DNA of 64,000 nucleotides from an uncultured Planctomycetia bacterium (GCA_964629655.1 CAZVQU010000001.1:292056-356055), one strand, 5' to 3'. Shown: positions 10,150-20,367, numbered from the stretch's first letter. A program made the numbers and translations. Notes: generated by a model from the letters alone, not told the origin.

Positions 10150-12442
10150 TCTTCACCTCCCGACCCCATATACAAGCTAAATTCTGTAAAAATATATCAG
10201 AATTATATCTTTCCTCTATTAACCTTTTATTAGCTTCGCCAATTTTTTCACACAAAAGAGTATTATTTAATAGAGACAATATTGCTTTTGATAGATTTTT
10301 TGTATCATTGGGCCTGACAAAAAGACAATTTTTATCCTGCTCCAGCATTTCAGCTAATGCCCCGACAGGAGTAGTTATCACCGGCAACCCAAAAGACATA
10401 GCTTCTAAAACTACCAATCCACAACCTTCCGAATAACTGGGAAATACAAATATATCAGCCTCTAAAAATCTTATAGACTTTTCTACCCCGGATACTTCGG
10501 GATATATTTTAACATAATCCTTAAGATTATTTTCCATGATGAAACTATTGATTTTTGAAAATCCAAAGTGAGGCTCTGGAATAAATATTACATTGCGTTC
10601 AATGTTTACAGGTTGCCCGCACAAAACGAATTCAACAGGATTTTTATATTTCTCCATAACATCAGGAATGGCTTTAACTAAATCCAGAGCTCCTTTAGCC
10701 TTAGAAATATAACCCATAAAAAGAATTCTTGACACTTTCTTTTTAGAAAAATTATTTTCATAGCCTTGTGGCATGTCGGGCAGTTTAGGTACGCAGTTGT
10801 ATACAAATGTAATTTTTTCCTCCCTAATAAATGTTGAAAACTGCTTTCTGAATTTATCAGCAAGTACAATTAATTTGTCGATACAACCTAATGTTAATTT
10901 GATGTATTTTTTAAAAACATTTTTTTGCATCTCGTAGAATAAATCAAAATTTCCCCCGTGAAAATGAACATAAATTTTTCTTTGAAAAAATTTACCGCTT
11001 ATAATAAATATGGAGTCACGAAGAAAACCAAATCTATTCTGAGCAAGCGGCATATATATAATATTAGGCCTGGATTGAACGATGAGCTGAATATATTTTA
11101 AAAAATTACCAAAATTATAACTTAGATTTGCAAAACTCAGCCTGCCTCTATTGGTAACGCTTGTGCTTTTTGATAATGGTAAAAAATCTATCTGAAAATC
11201 ACTCTTTAAATATTCAGATTGAATAATAGTCTCAGTAATCTTTGCTGTTCCTTCCTGAGGAGGAGGAAGATAACCAACTACCAAAATCCTAGATTTGTGT
11301 TCTAATAGCTTCTTAGTTCCTTCAGCAACAATCCTCTCGCCGATATCAGAAAAAATTACCTGCAGATTGTTTATAAAAATATCTTTGGTATACTTCTCGA
11401 GATAAGTCTTTCTATTTTTCTCTCCTATCTTTTTACGTAAATCTGAATCAGAAACTAAGATTTTTATCTTTTCAATTAACTGCTCAGGGTCTTTACTTTT
11501 TACTAAAAATCCGTTTTGGCCATCTACTATTGTTTCCGCTATAGCCCCCTTCCTTGTTGAAATAACCGGCAACCCTGCTGACATTGCTTCTAAAATAACT
11601 AGCGGCTGACCCTCGAAAGCATACGAAGTAGGTAGAAGAAAAATATCTGCCTTAGATAAAAGCTTAAACTTTTCTGCTTTACTCACAACTCCGATGAATT
11701 CAACATTTGCTTCAATGGCATTTTCTTTTATAATTCTTCTTACTTCTTTTTCATCTTGAATATTGCACCATTCTCCGGCAAATGTAAATTTGACATTTTT
11801 ATGAGTAGAAATAATCTGAGGAATTACTGCAAGGGTGTCAAATACACCTTTATCCTTAATAAAATTGCTGAGAAACAATATATTACAAACACCACCACTA
11901 TTCTTATGGCCATGGCTGTCAAGATAGTCATCGACTCCGTTCGGAACTACAAATATTCTTTCTTTCGGCACTAAACCTTTAAAAATATACTTTAAGCTTT
12001 CTCCTAATACAATAGCAGCAGAAATTCTTTCCAAGCTGAATTTAACTAATTTTTTCATTAAAAAATTTAACTTCTCATAGAAATCTTTAAAATAACCACC
12101 GTGCAAATGGACTACAATCCTTATACGCAAAAGCCGACAGGGAATTAAAAATAGAGAGTCACGTAGATAACCGAAGAAATTTTGAGAAATTGGTAAATAC
12201 ACCAGATCAGGTTTTACTTTTAAACAAATCCAAAGGGCCTTAAAAAAATGCTTAAATGCCAAAATTGTATTTACAGCGTCAAGTTTGCCCATGTTTCTTA
12301 TTTCTCTTTTATCAGTAGTATCCAAATGGATAGCTTCAAATTCATTTATTAAATGAGAGTCCAGCAGCATTTCAGTAACTACACTCATCCCCGTATAGGG
12401 TGGTGGTATCGGGCCAATAACAACTACTTTAAGCTTCTTCAT
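10136..12442 (-). CDS. Double-domain GT4-GT4 glycosyltransferase fusion
   Basis: Two homologous GT-B halves, each with PPP..G, HxHGG and the GT4 EG.pLV.LEAMS.GLPVI motif. Confidence 0.9.
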   Translation of the reverse strand: MKKLKVVVIGPIPPPYTGMSVVTEMLLDSHLINEFEAIHLDTTDKREIRNMGKLDAVNTILAFKHFFKALWICLKVKPDLVYLPISQNFFGYLRDSLFLIPCRLLRIRIVVHLHGGYFKDFYEKLNFLMKKLVKFSLERISAAIVLGESLKYIFKGLVPKERIFVVPNGVDDYLDSHGHKNSGGVCNILFLSNFIKDKGVFDTLAVIPQIISTHKNVKFTFAGEWCNIQDEKEVRRIIKENAIEANVEFIGVVSKAEKFKLLSKADIFLLPTSYAFEGQPLVILEAMSAGLPVISTRKGAIAETIVDGQNGFLVKSKDPEQLIEKIKILVSDSDLRKKIGEKNRKTYLEKYTKDIFINNLQVIFSDIGERIVAEGTKKLLEHKSRILVVGYLPPPQEGTAKITETIIQSEYLKSDFQIDFLPLSKSTSVTNRGRLSFANLSYNFGNFLKYIQLIVQSRPNIIYMPLAQNRFGFLRDSIFIISGKFFQRKIYVHFHGGNFDLFYEMQKNVFKKYIKLTLGCIDKLIVLADKFRKQFSTFIREEKITFVYNCVPKLPDMPQGYENNFSKKKVSRILFMGYISKAKGALDLVKAIPDVMEKYKNPVEFVLCGQPVNIERNVIFIPEPHFGFSKINSFIMENNLKDYVKIYPEVSGVEKSIRFLEADIFVFPSYSEGCGLVVLEAMSFGLPVITTPVGALAEMLEQDKNCLFVRPNDTKNLSKAILSLLNNTLLCEKIGEANKRLIEERYNSDIFLQNLACIWGREVKSEAV

Positions 12443-12494
12443 CTTTCTTGTTTAATTTTTGTCTCTCTTGATTCACTTTTCCCTGACTTTGCCT

Positions 12495-13652
12495 TTACTC
12501 GCTATATATCCGCAAACTCTGATTGGCAATATTCTGCCAGGCCAATTTCTCGTTTACTAATTGAAGTGACCGCTCTCCATGTTTCTGAATTAAATCCGGG
12601 CTTTTTATATACTTCTCCATACTATGAGCCAACCCATCTACATCTCCACGCCTAAATTTTAATCCATTATTATATTCAAGAAGATACGAAACAGCTAAAT
12701 CATCACTTATAATCAAAGGTCTTGCCGCACCCAAAATATCTTTTACTCCTCCGAGCTTACCAGGCATTATCCCAATATCAGCCATAGAATACCACTTATA
12801 AAAATCAGACATTGGTTGCCACCCGGGAAGAATAACTCTACCACTATCTTTCAACTGACCAAAACTTTCATCTTGCGCAAATCTGCCTTCACCAATCATT
12901 AATAAAAATATATGTTTGTATTTTTTAGTTAAAATTTTAAAAGCGTTTATTAAATCTGCTAATGATTTACTCTTCTCAAACACTCCGGAAAATACAAAAA
13001 CTATATCCTCTTTGCCAATAGCATATTTTTTCCTTATCTTTTCCCGCTCTTGGCGAGAAAAAAATATTTTCTCATTATCTACACCTAAAGGAAGAAGTTG
13101 CATCTTCTCCTGCGGTATTCCGAAATACGAATTAAGGCAATATCGCGAATAAGGATTTACCGGAAGAAATACAAAATTTCTCCTTAACATCATTGGAATT
13201 ATTAGTTTTTTTATGAAGCCAAAAAAGTATATAAATTTATGAAACTTTTTCAAATCAAAATTACCATTATCTATGTGGCTATCAACAAATATCTTAACCC
13301 TATCTTTATTGGCAAAATTAGTTGCCAATAACTGCCATGTTGGCAGAACCCTGATATTATGCAAATGTATCACCTCTGGTTTAAAATCCTCAATTTCTTT
13401 TTTAAGGCCTAAATACCAATTCTGTTCTGTAGGAAATTGGATATACAGACTCTTCAGCCTCTTTATCTTTAACGACCGGTCATAGTAAGTGATATCCTTA
13501 TTACTACCCTTAATCGGTTTGCGTTTCTTTAAATAATGCTTACTGCATAATATGCGTACTTCATTGCCAAACCCCGCCTGATAAAAGGGAAGGTAATTCT
13601 CCTGATATCCCATGCCTTCCATAAACCAATTCATTATGTGTAAAATCTTCAT
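12495..13652 (-). CDS. Glycosyltransferase family 4
   Basis: MKILHI...MGYQENYL, PLGVD, and a GT-B C-terminal domain with a divergent ExxxxG motif. Confidence 0.8.
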   Translation of the reverse strand: MKILHIMNWFMEGMGYQENYLPFYQAGFGNEVRILCSKHYLKKRKPIKGSNKDITYYDRSLKIKRLKSLYIQFPTEQNWYLGLKKEIEDFKPEVIHLHNIRVLPTWQLLATNFANKDRVKIFVDSHIDNGNFDLKKFHKFIYFFGFIKKLIIPMMLRRNFVFLPVNPYSRYCLNSYFGIPQEKMQLLPLGVDNEKIFFSRQEREKIRKKYAIGKEDIVFVFSGVFEKSKSLADLINAFKILTKKYKHIFLLMIGEGRFAQDESFGQLKDSGRVILPGWQPMSDFYKWYSMADIGIMPGKLGGVKDILGAARPLIISDDLAVSYLLEYNNGLKFRRGDVDGLAHSMEKYIKSPDLIQKHGERSLQLVNEKLAWQNIANQSLRIYSE

Positions 13653-13693
13653 GATTAATAAATTACAAAATTGCTATCAGTGGCTTTGTCGGC

Positions 13694-14419
13694 CTATCTC
13701 TTGATCAGTTCAATCGCCTTCTCGGCAAAACGCTTGCCAAGTATCCTGGATCCATCAACAGAGCAGTGAAGGCTATTTTTAATTTCCTTACCTTCCTTAT
13801 TTACGCCATCATTCAATTCATCGGTGTCTACCCAGACGCCGCGTGGGCTAGCTTCTGCAAATTCCACCTGAACTTTGCGCACCATCATCCAGTGAGGGTA
13901 TCTCTCATTATTCATTCCGAAATCGCTAATGCGGCCGATGACAAAGTTAATGTCATTGCGCCCCAAATCCTTACCGAGCTGATTAAGAAGCCCTTTCAAG
14001 CTGGTAGCATAGTCCACCATCTGACCATATCTTTTCATTGCGTCCGCCTCACCTTGCATCCAGATAAAGGTAACCGCCTTAACCTTCTTGCCCTTGATTG
14101 CAGCATTAACCTTAGTCATCAGACGACCATACAGCATACCGGATGCCCCCGGTTTATCGCCTTTCGCTGGTTTGTACCAACCTCCAATTGTGCGGCCGCC
14201 GTGAGCGTCCTTGACAACAATCACGTTGTCTTTGCCGAATTCTGCTTCCACAGCAGGCGTGAACGACGTATTGGGATTAAGACTCTCCATATTCGACTGC
14301 CCGGAGAGGATAAAAAGGTATTTTTCCTGCTCACCCCCGTTGGCGTACGAGATTAAAGCGATTGTGGCCAACACAATCATAAATAAATATTTCATCTCAT
14401 TCCTCTCTTTCCACGTCAT
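13694..14419 (-). CDS. Secreted sialate O-acetylesterase/CE6 (SASA, SGNH) family protein
   Basis: Signal peptide MKYLFMIVLATIALISYANG; ILSGQSNM, WMQGEAD and NSLH motifs; GC-richer than its neighbours. Confidence 0.85.
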   Translation of the reverse strand: MTWKERNEMKYLFMIVLATIALISYANGGEQEKYLFILSGQSNMESLNPNTSFTPAVEAEFGKDNVIVVKDAHGGRTIGGWYKPAKGDKPGASGMLYGRLMTKVNAAIKGKKVKAVTFIWMQGEADAMKRYGQMVDYATSLKGLLNQLGKDLGRNDINFVIGRISDFGMNNERYPHWMMVRKVQVEFAEASPRGVWVDTDELNDGVNKEGKEIKNSLHCSVDGSRILGKRFAEKAIELIKR

Positions 14420-14452
14420 TGAAAATTATTCTTTTAACAATTTGACAGCATA

Positions 14453-15409
14453 TCATATTGATTTATATTCTTCACAAAGACGGCAAGTAGAACACAAGTT
14501 TCTCCTTTCGTCCTTTGTTGTCCGCCCCTCCCATATTTGTGAAAGGCTATTCTTTTCCAAATTTCCCACAAATAAATCTTCATTATGATAAGGATTGAAT
14601 CGACAACTGCAAATTCTTGCATATCCATCCCAACTCACCAAACACTCAAACATTCGGAAACAAGGACGGCATCTATACCGCACAGAAGGAGCAAGGCTCA
14701 TGCCGTTTAGAAGATTCTTTTGTGTAATTACCCCACCCCAAACGTAGTATCTTGTTAAAAACTCAACCTTTTTCCTGTCAATAAAGGGCTCAACGTATTC
14801 CTTGTAATCCGGCAAACACAAAACCTCTTTTGTGGGTATATCGCTACGGAAAGCAAGGGTTATATCCGCAATATTGCCAAGATCTTTATTCGCAACAAGA
14901 AGGTTTTTTAATCCTACTAGTAGCTTATCATAGTCTTTACTTCGATATATCCGTTCAAACTTTTCTCTTTTCAAGGGAGCGGTTGAAATAATTATTTTAA
15001 GCCCACTATTGAGGATGATCTGAGGAGAGAATTTGTGCAAAAAAATTCCGTTTGTTCGTAAACAACCACTGGGAAAGTTAAAGGACTTTATTGTTTCAAT
15101 CCTTTTAGAAAATTTAGGATCAACTAAGGGGTCACCCACTAAAGACCCCAGTTGAATAAACTTTCCATCCATTTGTTTATATTCGGTTAGAGCTTTATTA
15201 AATATCTCATCAGACATAAAACCTGTTCCGCGTGTTTGATATTGATATGCGCAAAAAATACAGTTGGCATTACAAATATTGGTTGTTTCAAGATGCAATT
15301 TACCTGGTGGCCTTTTTTCAAGATACTGCCAAGGGGTAAATTTGGTTAGAGTGATAAAGTCTTTGATAACACGTTTCAAATTCAAAAATTTGTGGTTAAG
15401 TAATTTCAT
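14453..15409 (-). CDS. Radical SAM/SPASM-domain protein
   Basis: ETTNICNANCIFC and GDPL; C-terminal PC...CSC...GNL...CxxCxxC. Confidence 0.88.
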   Translation of the reverse strand: MKLLNHKFLNLKRVIKDFITLTKFTPWQYLEKRPPGKLHLETTNICNANCIFCAYQYQTRGTGFMSDEIFNKALTEYKQMDGKFIQLGSLVGDPLVDPKFSKRIETIKSFNFPSGCLRTNGIFLHKFSPQIILNSGLKIIISTAPLKREKFERIYRSKDYDKLLVGLKNLLVANKDLGNIADITLAFRSDIPTKEVLCLPDYKEYVEPFIDRKKVEFLTRYYVWGGVITQKNLLNGMSLAPSVRYRCRPCFRMFECLVSWDGYARICSCRFNPYHNEDLFVGNLEKNSLSQIWEGRTTKDERRNLCSTCRLCEEYKSI

Positions 15410-15452
15410 CTATTCTACCTACATTATTGTTTTATCTAACCGCATCGCTACG

Positions 15453-17090
15453 TTATTGAATAACTTCTTGTTGCGGTATTTCTAATAACCACCAATCAGG
15501 CGTTTCTCCATAATAAAGTTTTATACCCCTTAATTCTTTTTCGTGATTGCCCCAAGAAAATTTACTCAAAACTTTAAAACCATTTTCTTGCCAGATAGCA
15601 TCTAATTTTGTTCCAGTATCTTGGTAAACAACAATATAGCCAGCTTTCCATTCCTTAATATTCTTAAGTACGGAATGTATATCACGCCCCCAGAAATTAC
15701 GAGCATCTTGATAGTTTGATTCAGCAACAGCCCACCAGTCAGGAATAAAATGAATTCTCTTCTTTGCAGTTATATAAAGCAGTAACTGAAGCAAAGCGCG
15801 GTATCCGTCAAAAATCCTTTCAAGTGCCCCACCGGGATTATTGAAAGCCATAAGAATTCTTTCATTCGGCTTTACAGATACTAGGAAATCCTCCATAGCC
15901 TCTCTAAGCTTCTTAATAGAAAAAGGGTGAGCCTCAGGGACAACATCCAAAACCTTCTTCGTGTATGGAAAAGGAATAAGCAATGGCAGGGGTGAAACAA
16001 CAAGCCAGAAAGAAACAAGAACCAACGAATCTGGAGTTTTAAGCGTGTACATTGTAGCTAAACTAAACATCAGCATATGCATAGACTGCACATCGGCGAA
16101 CCGCGCAAAAGTTGAATTTATTACAAATATAGTTATACCGGCCAAAAATAAGACTGGAATCTGTCTGGTTATCAAATAAAGAATAATAAAAAACTGCGAA
16201 TATAATGCTAAAAAATATACTCTTGCCATAATGGTCTTTAAAGGATAGGTACGCGTATAGCGAGCAGTCTTTCTATGGATCCCTACAGTTTTCATTAAAT
16301 TTAAAGTAGAAAGTTTTATATTCTTGGAAACTAAACAAGGATAGAGATGTATTAGCAACTTCAAACCAGCCGGTAACAAAGCAAGAATAGGAAATAAGCT
16401 ATTACTATTAATTGCACTAACAAGAGAGATAATGCCAGCTATAAATACAACCGTAAAACTGCTAAGACTTGCTAAAAGCCAGGCTACAGCAACAATAATC
16501 CAACTCTCAGTAAATAAGCCATAAAGACCTAAAGGGAAAAAAAGCCAACCCAGAACATTGTAGTTTTGCAAAGCAAAAGTATTTGCATAGAAAGTCGTAC
16601 TAATTGCCGCAAGTGAGATGACAACTATGACCCAATAAAGGTCAGCTTGCTGTAGCCAGGCTAAATGCACGATAAGCCAGCCAAACATGCCAAATAAAAG
16701 AACACCCGCGCTAGCTTTCCAATAAGGACGCAAAGAAAACGACCAATAATAAAACCACCTTGATAAAGGATAATTACCAACCCCAATATAAGAACAAGTT
16801 TCTCTAGATCCATGTCTGGATAAAATTAAAGCAAAAATCCAGTAAGGCAAGTAGCCTAGTCCGGCATAGGGCATAAAATGATGGTAATCCTTATTGCCTT
16901 GTCTTATTAATATCCTGCAACTCCACAAGGCTTTCCCTAGACGTATTGGCGTTGCTACTAAAGCTGTCAAAGGATATAAAATTACCCTTAAGAAGCCAAA
17001 ATATCCAAATCGACTTATGAAATCAGCTAGTGATTTATTCATTTGCATTCTGGCATAAAAAATATCGCGAATTAGCGTATGTGATGACAC
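15453..17090 (-). CDS. Multi-pass membrane protein of unknown function (possible GT-C fold); probable start at 17042 or 17048
   Basis: About 10 hydrophobic segments followed by a soluble C-terminal domain; no motif recognised. Confidence 0.55.
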   Translation of the reverse strand: MSSHTLIRDIFYARMQMNKSLADFISRFGYFGFLRVILYPLTALVATPIRLGKALWSCRILIRQGNKDYHHFMPYAGLGYLPYWIFALILSRHGSRETCSYIGVGNYPLSRWFYYWSFSLRPYWKASAGVLLFGMFGWLIVHLAWLQQADLYWVIVVISLAAISTTFYANTFALQNYNVLGWLFFPLGLYGLFTESWIIVAVAWLLASLSSFTVVFIAGIISLVSAINSNSLFPILALLPAGLKLLIHLYPCLVSKNIKLSTLNLMKTVGIHRKTARYTRTYPLKTIMARVYFLALYSQFFIILYLITRQIPVLFLAGITIFVINSTFARFADVQSMHMLMFSLATMYTLKTPDSLVLVSFWLVVSPLPLLIPFPYTKKVLDVVPEAHPFSIKKLREAMEDFLVSVKPNERILMAFNNPGGALERIFDGYRALLQLLLYITAKKRIHFIPDWWAVAESNYQDARNFWGRDIHSVLKNIKEWKAGYIVVYQDTGTKLDAIWQENGFKVLSKFSWGNHEKELRGIKLYYGETPDWWLLEIPQQEVIQ

Positions 17091-17166
17091 CTGGCAAAAT
17101 ATGTTTTTTAGTCATTGTGGCATCTCGAAAACCAATCAAACCTCTTAGTAAACTTATTAAATACAC
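17035..17166 (-). pseudogene. Possible 3' remnant of a lost gene, or read-through tail of the upstream ORF
   Basis: 43 open codons (VYLISLLRGLIGFRDATMTKKHILPGVITYANSRYFLCQNANE*) in frame after the TGA at 17167-17169. Its TAA overlaps the ATG at 17042 (ATGAATAA). Confidence 0.3.
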
Positions 17167-18846
17167 TCATTTTTGGACCCGACTATCAGATGATTTAGGA
17201 CAGAATGAAACCTTGAGGTTGCGTATTTTTATGGATTGCCCGGCACTCTTTATCCCTAGGGAATAAATATCATGTATGACAGAACGCCCATCCGCTAGCG
17301 AAACAAACGGACACCCATTTAATTTTATTACCCATTTCCCTTTTTCCTTTTCTACACATAAGACATGCCAAGCATTTTCTTTATAACTTCCTAAACGACG
17401 CCACCTCAGCCAACGGCACCACGTCAAATTGTAGCGTCCAATTATCTTCTGTAAAAGCATCGACAGACTGCGTTTAGTCTTAACCCATCCTACCCGCAAA
17501 TATATCTTGCTGTGTTCAAACCCTAATCGAATTCCCTCAACTGTATTTAAAGTGCTTATATCGTCACCCAAAACTATAAAAGCCGAACCCTTATCAGCCG
17601 ACTCAACAAAAATATCAAAAGAGATCCCTTGCAGAGAACCTTGATTAAAAAAAGAAAAATATATTTGAGGTGGGAATAAACTATCTGCGCTTTGACGGAG
17701 ACAGACAATTTCAGATTCTCCCTCACCTGCCGGCAACAAATTCACATCGCGCGGCTGGTCAGATACGATACGAAAAGAATACTTACTCCGGGCATCTCTA
17801 ATCCACCCTTGAGCTAACCCAACCACACCACCTTTATGACTAGGGCCCCTTCGAGGAATACCCATAAGAAAAACCCGCATGGGATTACGTCCTTGTTCTA
17901 TATCTTCTTTTGCTACTACAACTCCCTCTATGCGACCAGAGAAAGGTCCATCTAAGGGACTTCCACTTGGCAAGATAAAAGGATTTCCAGGGTGTTCCCG
18001 CCAATCTTTGAAATCTTTTGTAAACGCAAAGCCAATTGCATAAAATCCAGAATTATAATGGGCATTAAAAGCAAGCATGTATATTCCTTCCTCCTCTAAA
18101 ACAGTAATTCGCGGATTAGCAACCCTTTGTACAATCCAAGATTTAACCTGGTTAGCAGAAAAAATAGGACATCCTTTGTTTAACGGCTTAAAGTGCTCTC
18201 CATCTTTTGAAATAGCCCCAAATATCTGAATATAGCCAAAACTGGCTGATATGCCTTCAAATGTCAATAGATAACGACCGTCGAACATTTGTACTACATT
18301 TGTAACGGCCATTAATGTTCGCCCTTTTTTAGGAAAGTCTGCAAAATCAGCCTTTGTTAAAAGCGGTTTCGAGCCAACTCGCTCAAAATTGATGCCGTCC
18401 CTACTCAAGGCTAAACCAATCCCTTCATCTTTATAAATACCCCTTGCTCCTCGATAATAAAGTCGGTAAATACCCTCGTCATCCCGCACTACCCAGGGTG
18501 TAGTGGCTATAGGACTATCCCATGCATCTTTAGGGGGAATAAGTACAGGTCTTTCGGGTGAACGATGCCAAGTTCGGCCTTCATCATGGGATACGGCTCT
18601 GCCTATTCCTTGGCAAAGACCGCTTTTATGGCTGCCGGTATAATAAAGGACTAAGGCGCCTTTTTCTCGAAAGAGATAACCGCGACTGTCCACAAGCAAG
18701 GCCGGATCCCGAACACCAAATTCGTCCCATGCGCCTTTACTAGCACGCTTTAATACAACTTTAGGTCTATCAATCCACAACCCTTCCAAATTCTTTGGGC
18801 ATTCTAAATTTGATTTAATCAAAAATGGGGCCGACTGCCAATCCAT
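17167..18846 (-). CDS. Five-bladed beta-propeller glycosidase/phosphorylase-like protein (GH130/GH43/GH32-like) with a C-terminal beta-sandwich domain
   Basis: Repeated blades LYYTG..IGRAVSHDEGRTW, LYYRG..IGLALSRDGINF, GAISKDGEHF and IGFAFTKDFKDW; RDP motif; C-terminal WHVLCV as in ConA-like folds. Confidence 0.7.
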   Translation of the reverse strand: MDWQSAPFLIKSNLECPKNLEGLWIDRPKVVLKRASKGAWDEFGVRDPALLVDSRGYLFREKGALVLYYTGSHKSGLCQGIGRAVSHDEGRTWHRSPERPVLIPPKDAWDSPIATTPWVVRDDEGIYRLYYRGARGIYKDEGIGLALSRDGINFERVGSKPLLTKADFADFPKKGRTLMAVTNVVQMFDGRYLLTFEGISASFGYIQIFGAISKDGEHFKPLNKGCPIFSANQVKSWIVQRVANPRITVLEEEGIYMLAFNAHYNSGFYAIGFAFTKDFKDWREHPGNPFILPSGSPLDGPFSGRIEGVVVAKEDIEQGRNPMRVFLMGIPRRGPSHKGGVVGLAQGWIRDARSKYSFRIVSDQPRDVNLLPAGEGESEIVCLRQSADSLFPPQIYFSFFNQGSLQGISFDIFVESADKGSAFIVLGDDISTLNTVEGIRLGFEHSKIYLRVGWVKTKRSLSMLLQKIIGRYNLTWCRWLRWRRLGSYKENAWHVLCVEKEKGKWVIKLNGCPFVSLADGRSVIHDIYSLGIKSAGQSIKIRNLKVSFCPKSSDSRVQK

Positions 18847-18916
18847 AATGCTCCTTATTATTCACCATCGTTTTCCATGCTAGGCTGCTTTCTCCCTGCG
18901 CGATTAATTAGTATTC

Positions 18917-20356
18917 TTAAATTGTTGACTCGCTTTTCAACAATTTAAAAATATTATAATTGTATTTCTTAAGATAAACTATCGGGATCGAGACAAAAAT
19001 CAAAAATAGAAATAACAAAACAGACAATAAAATACTAAGTATACGATAATCCATAATTAATAAAAGCGTAACCGCACAGCACCCTAATAAAAACTGAAAA
19101 ATAAAAATACTTAGCGGCAAACCAAAACTGTGCCTTTTCTCACTTACGATTACGGCCATTATATTCCTTGATAACATAGCAAGCATTGTTGCGATACTAG
19201 CTCCCACAATCCCCCATATCGGTATAAAAATAAAATTTAATAAAATATTTAAAATTGCACATATCAACACAATAAGCGACAATGCCCCTCTATTTTCCGA
19301 CATAATAGTGCCCAGTTGTGTAATCTGCAAAAACCCATAAAAAATAAAAGATATACTCAGTATTCCGATCACTTTATAACTACCATAATAAGCCACTGGA
19401 ACAATAACCTTAATCAAAGGTGCGCATAATGATACTAATATTGCTAAGGATAGGCCCAGGCCCAGAAATATTCTGGAAACAAAAATGAAAAGCTTCTTAT
19501 TATCAATATTTTTCATTGCAATCGGCCACCAAGCTGTACGAAATACTGTCGAATAAAAAAATAAAATAAAAGCACATCTATAGCCTAAGGAATAAATTCC
19601 TACGTATTCCAACCCCATAAAATATTTTATGCACCATCTATCGGTAATGTTAATTATAACTACGCCCAATGTCGAAGGAACTAATGGCAACCCGAATTTT
19701 AAAAGTTTTGGCCACCATTTAGTATGCAATTGAGACCAATTTAAATATCTCTTTATGCTTCGCCAGGCCAAAAAAAGAGCTACGACCGCAGAAACGCAAT
19801 AGCCGGTATAATATCCTAAAACTCCCATCTTGAAAAAAATGATTAATACTATGGCAACTGTTGCCAACAATACATTCCTGCTGGCCCTTATAGCTATATA
19901 CTTAATCGTTTGATGAGTATATCTTAATATTTCTATAAATTGGGATTGAAAGATGAAACAAAAAAATCCGATAAAAGCAATTAAAAAAAACCCTTTACTT
20001 AATTTACCGTCAAAAAAATAGATATTTAGTTTTGATGACAAAAATATTGCAAAACACATTACAATCACACTAATTATCAGCCGTAATTGTAGTATTGAAG
20101 TCACTAATTTTTTTTGCTCAAGCTTATCATTTTTTATTGAAAAAAAGAAATACGACTGTGATGATAGCAAACCGAAATTGCATAAAATTCCTATAAGCAT
20201 TATTATCGTGCCCATCATCTCTATTGTTCCATATTCATATGTTGTTAAATACCTTGTATAGACTGGTATTAATACAAAACTAATTAACATTGCAAATGCA
20301 TCGCCAACGCCGTAAACAAAAGAATCCTTTGCTAATTGCCTAATATTTTCTCTCAT
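18917..20356 (-). CDS. wzx: Wzx-type oligosaccharide flippase
   Basis: KDSFVYG, IPVYTRYLT..EYG, VGIYSLGY and LNFIFIPIWGIVGASIAT motifs; many TM helices. Confidence 0.9.
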   Translation of the reverse strand: MRENIRQLAKDSFVYGVGDAFAMLISFVLIPVYTRYLTTYEYGTIEMMGTIIMLIGILCNFGLLSSQSYFFFSIKNDKLEQKKLVTSILQLRLIISVIVMCFAIFLSSKLNIYFFDGKLSKGFFLIAFIGFFCFIFQSQFIEILRYTHQTIKYIAIRASRNVLLATVAIVLIIFFKMGVLGYYTGYCVSAVVALFLAWRSIKRYLNWSQLHTKWWPKLLKFGLPLVPSTLGVVIINITDRWCIKYFMGLEYVGIYSLGYRCAFILFFYSTVFRTAWWPIAMKNIDNKKLFIFVSRIFLGLGLSLAILVSLCAPLIKVIVPVAYYGSYKVIGILSISFIFYGFLQITQLGTIMSENRGALSLIVLICAILNILLNFIFIPIWGIVGASIATMLAMLSRNIMAVIVSEKRHSFGLPLSIFIFQFLLGCCAVTLLLIMDYRILSILLSVLLFLFLIFVSIPIVYLKKYNYNIFKLLKSESTI

Positions 20357-20367
20357 CCTATAAAGTC

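Noticed and set aside
13766-14588. 196-aa and 125-aa plus-strand ORFs
   Set aside because: They are antisense to the GC-rich SASA gene, where stop codons are rarer, and show no recognisable features.
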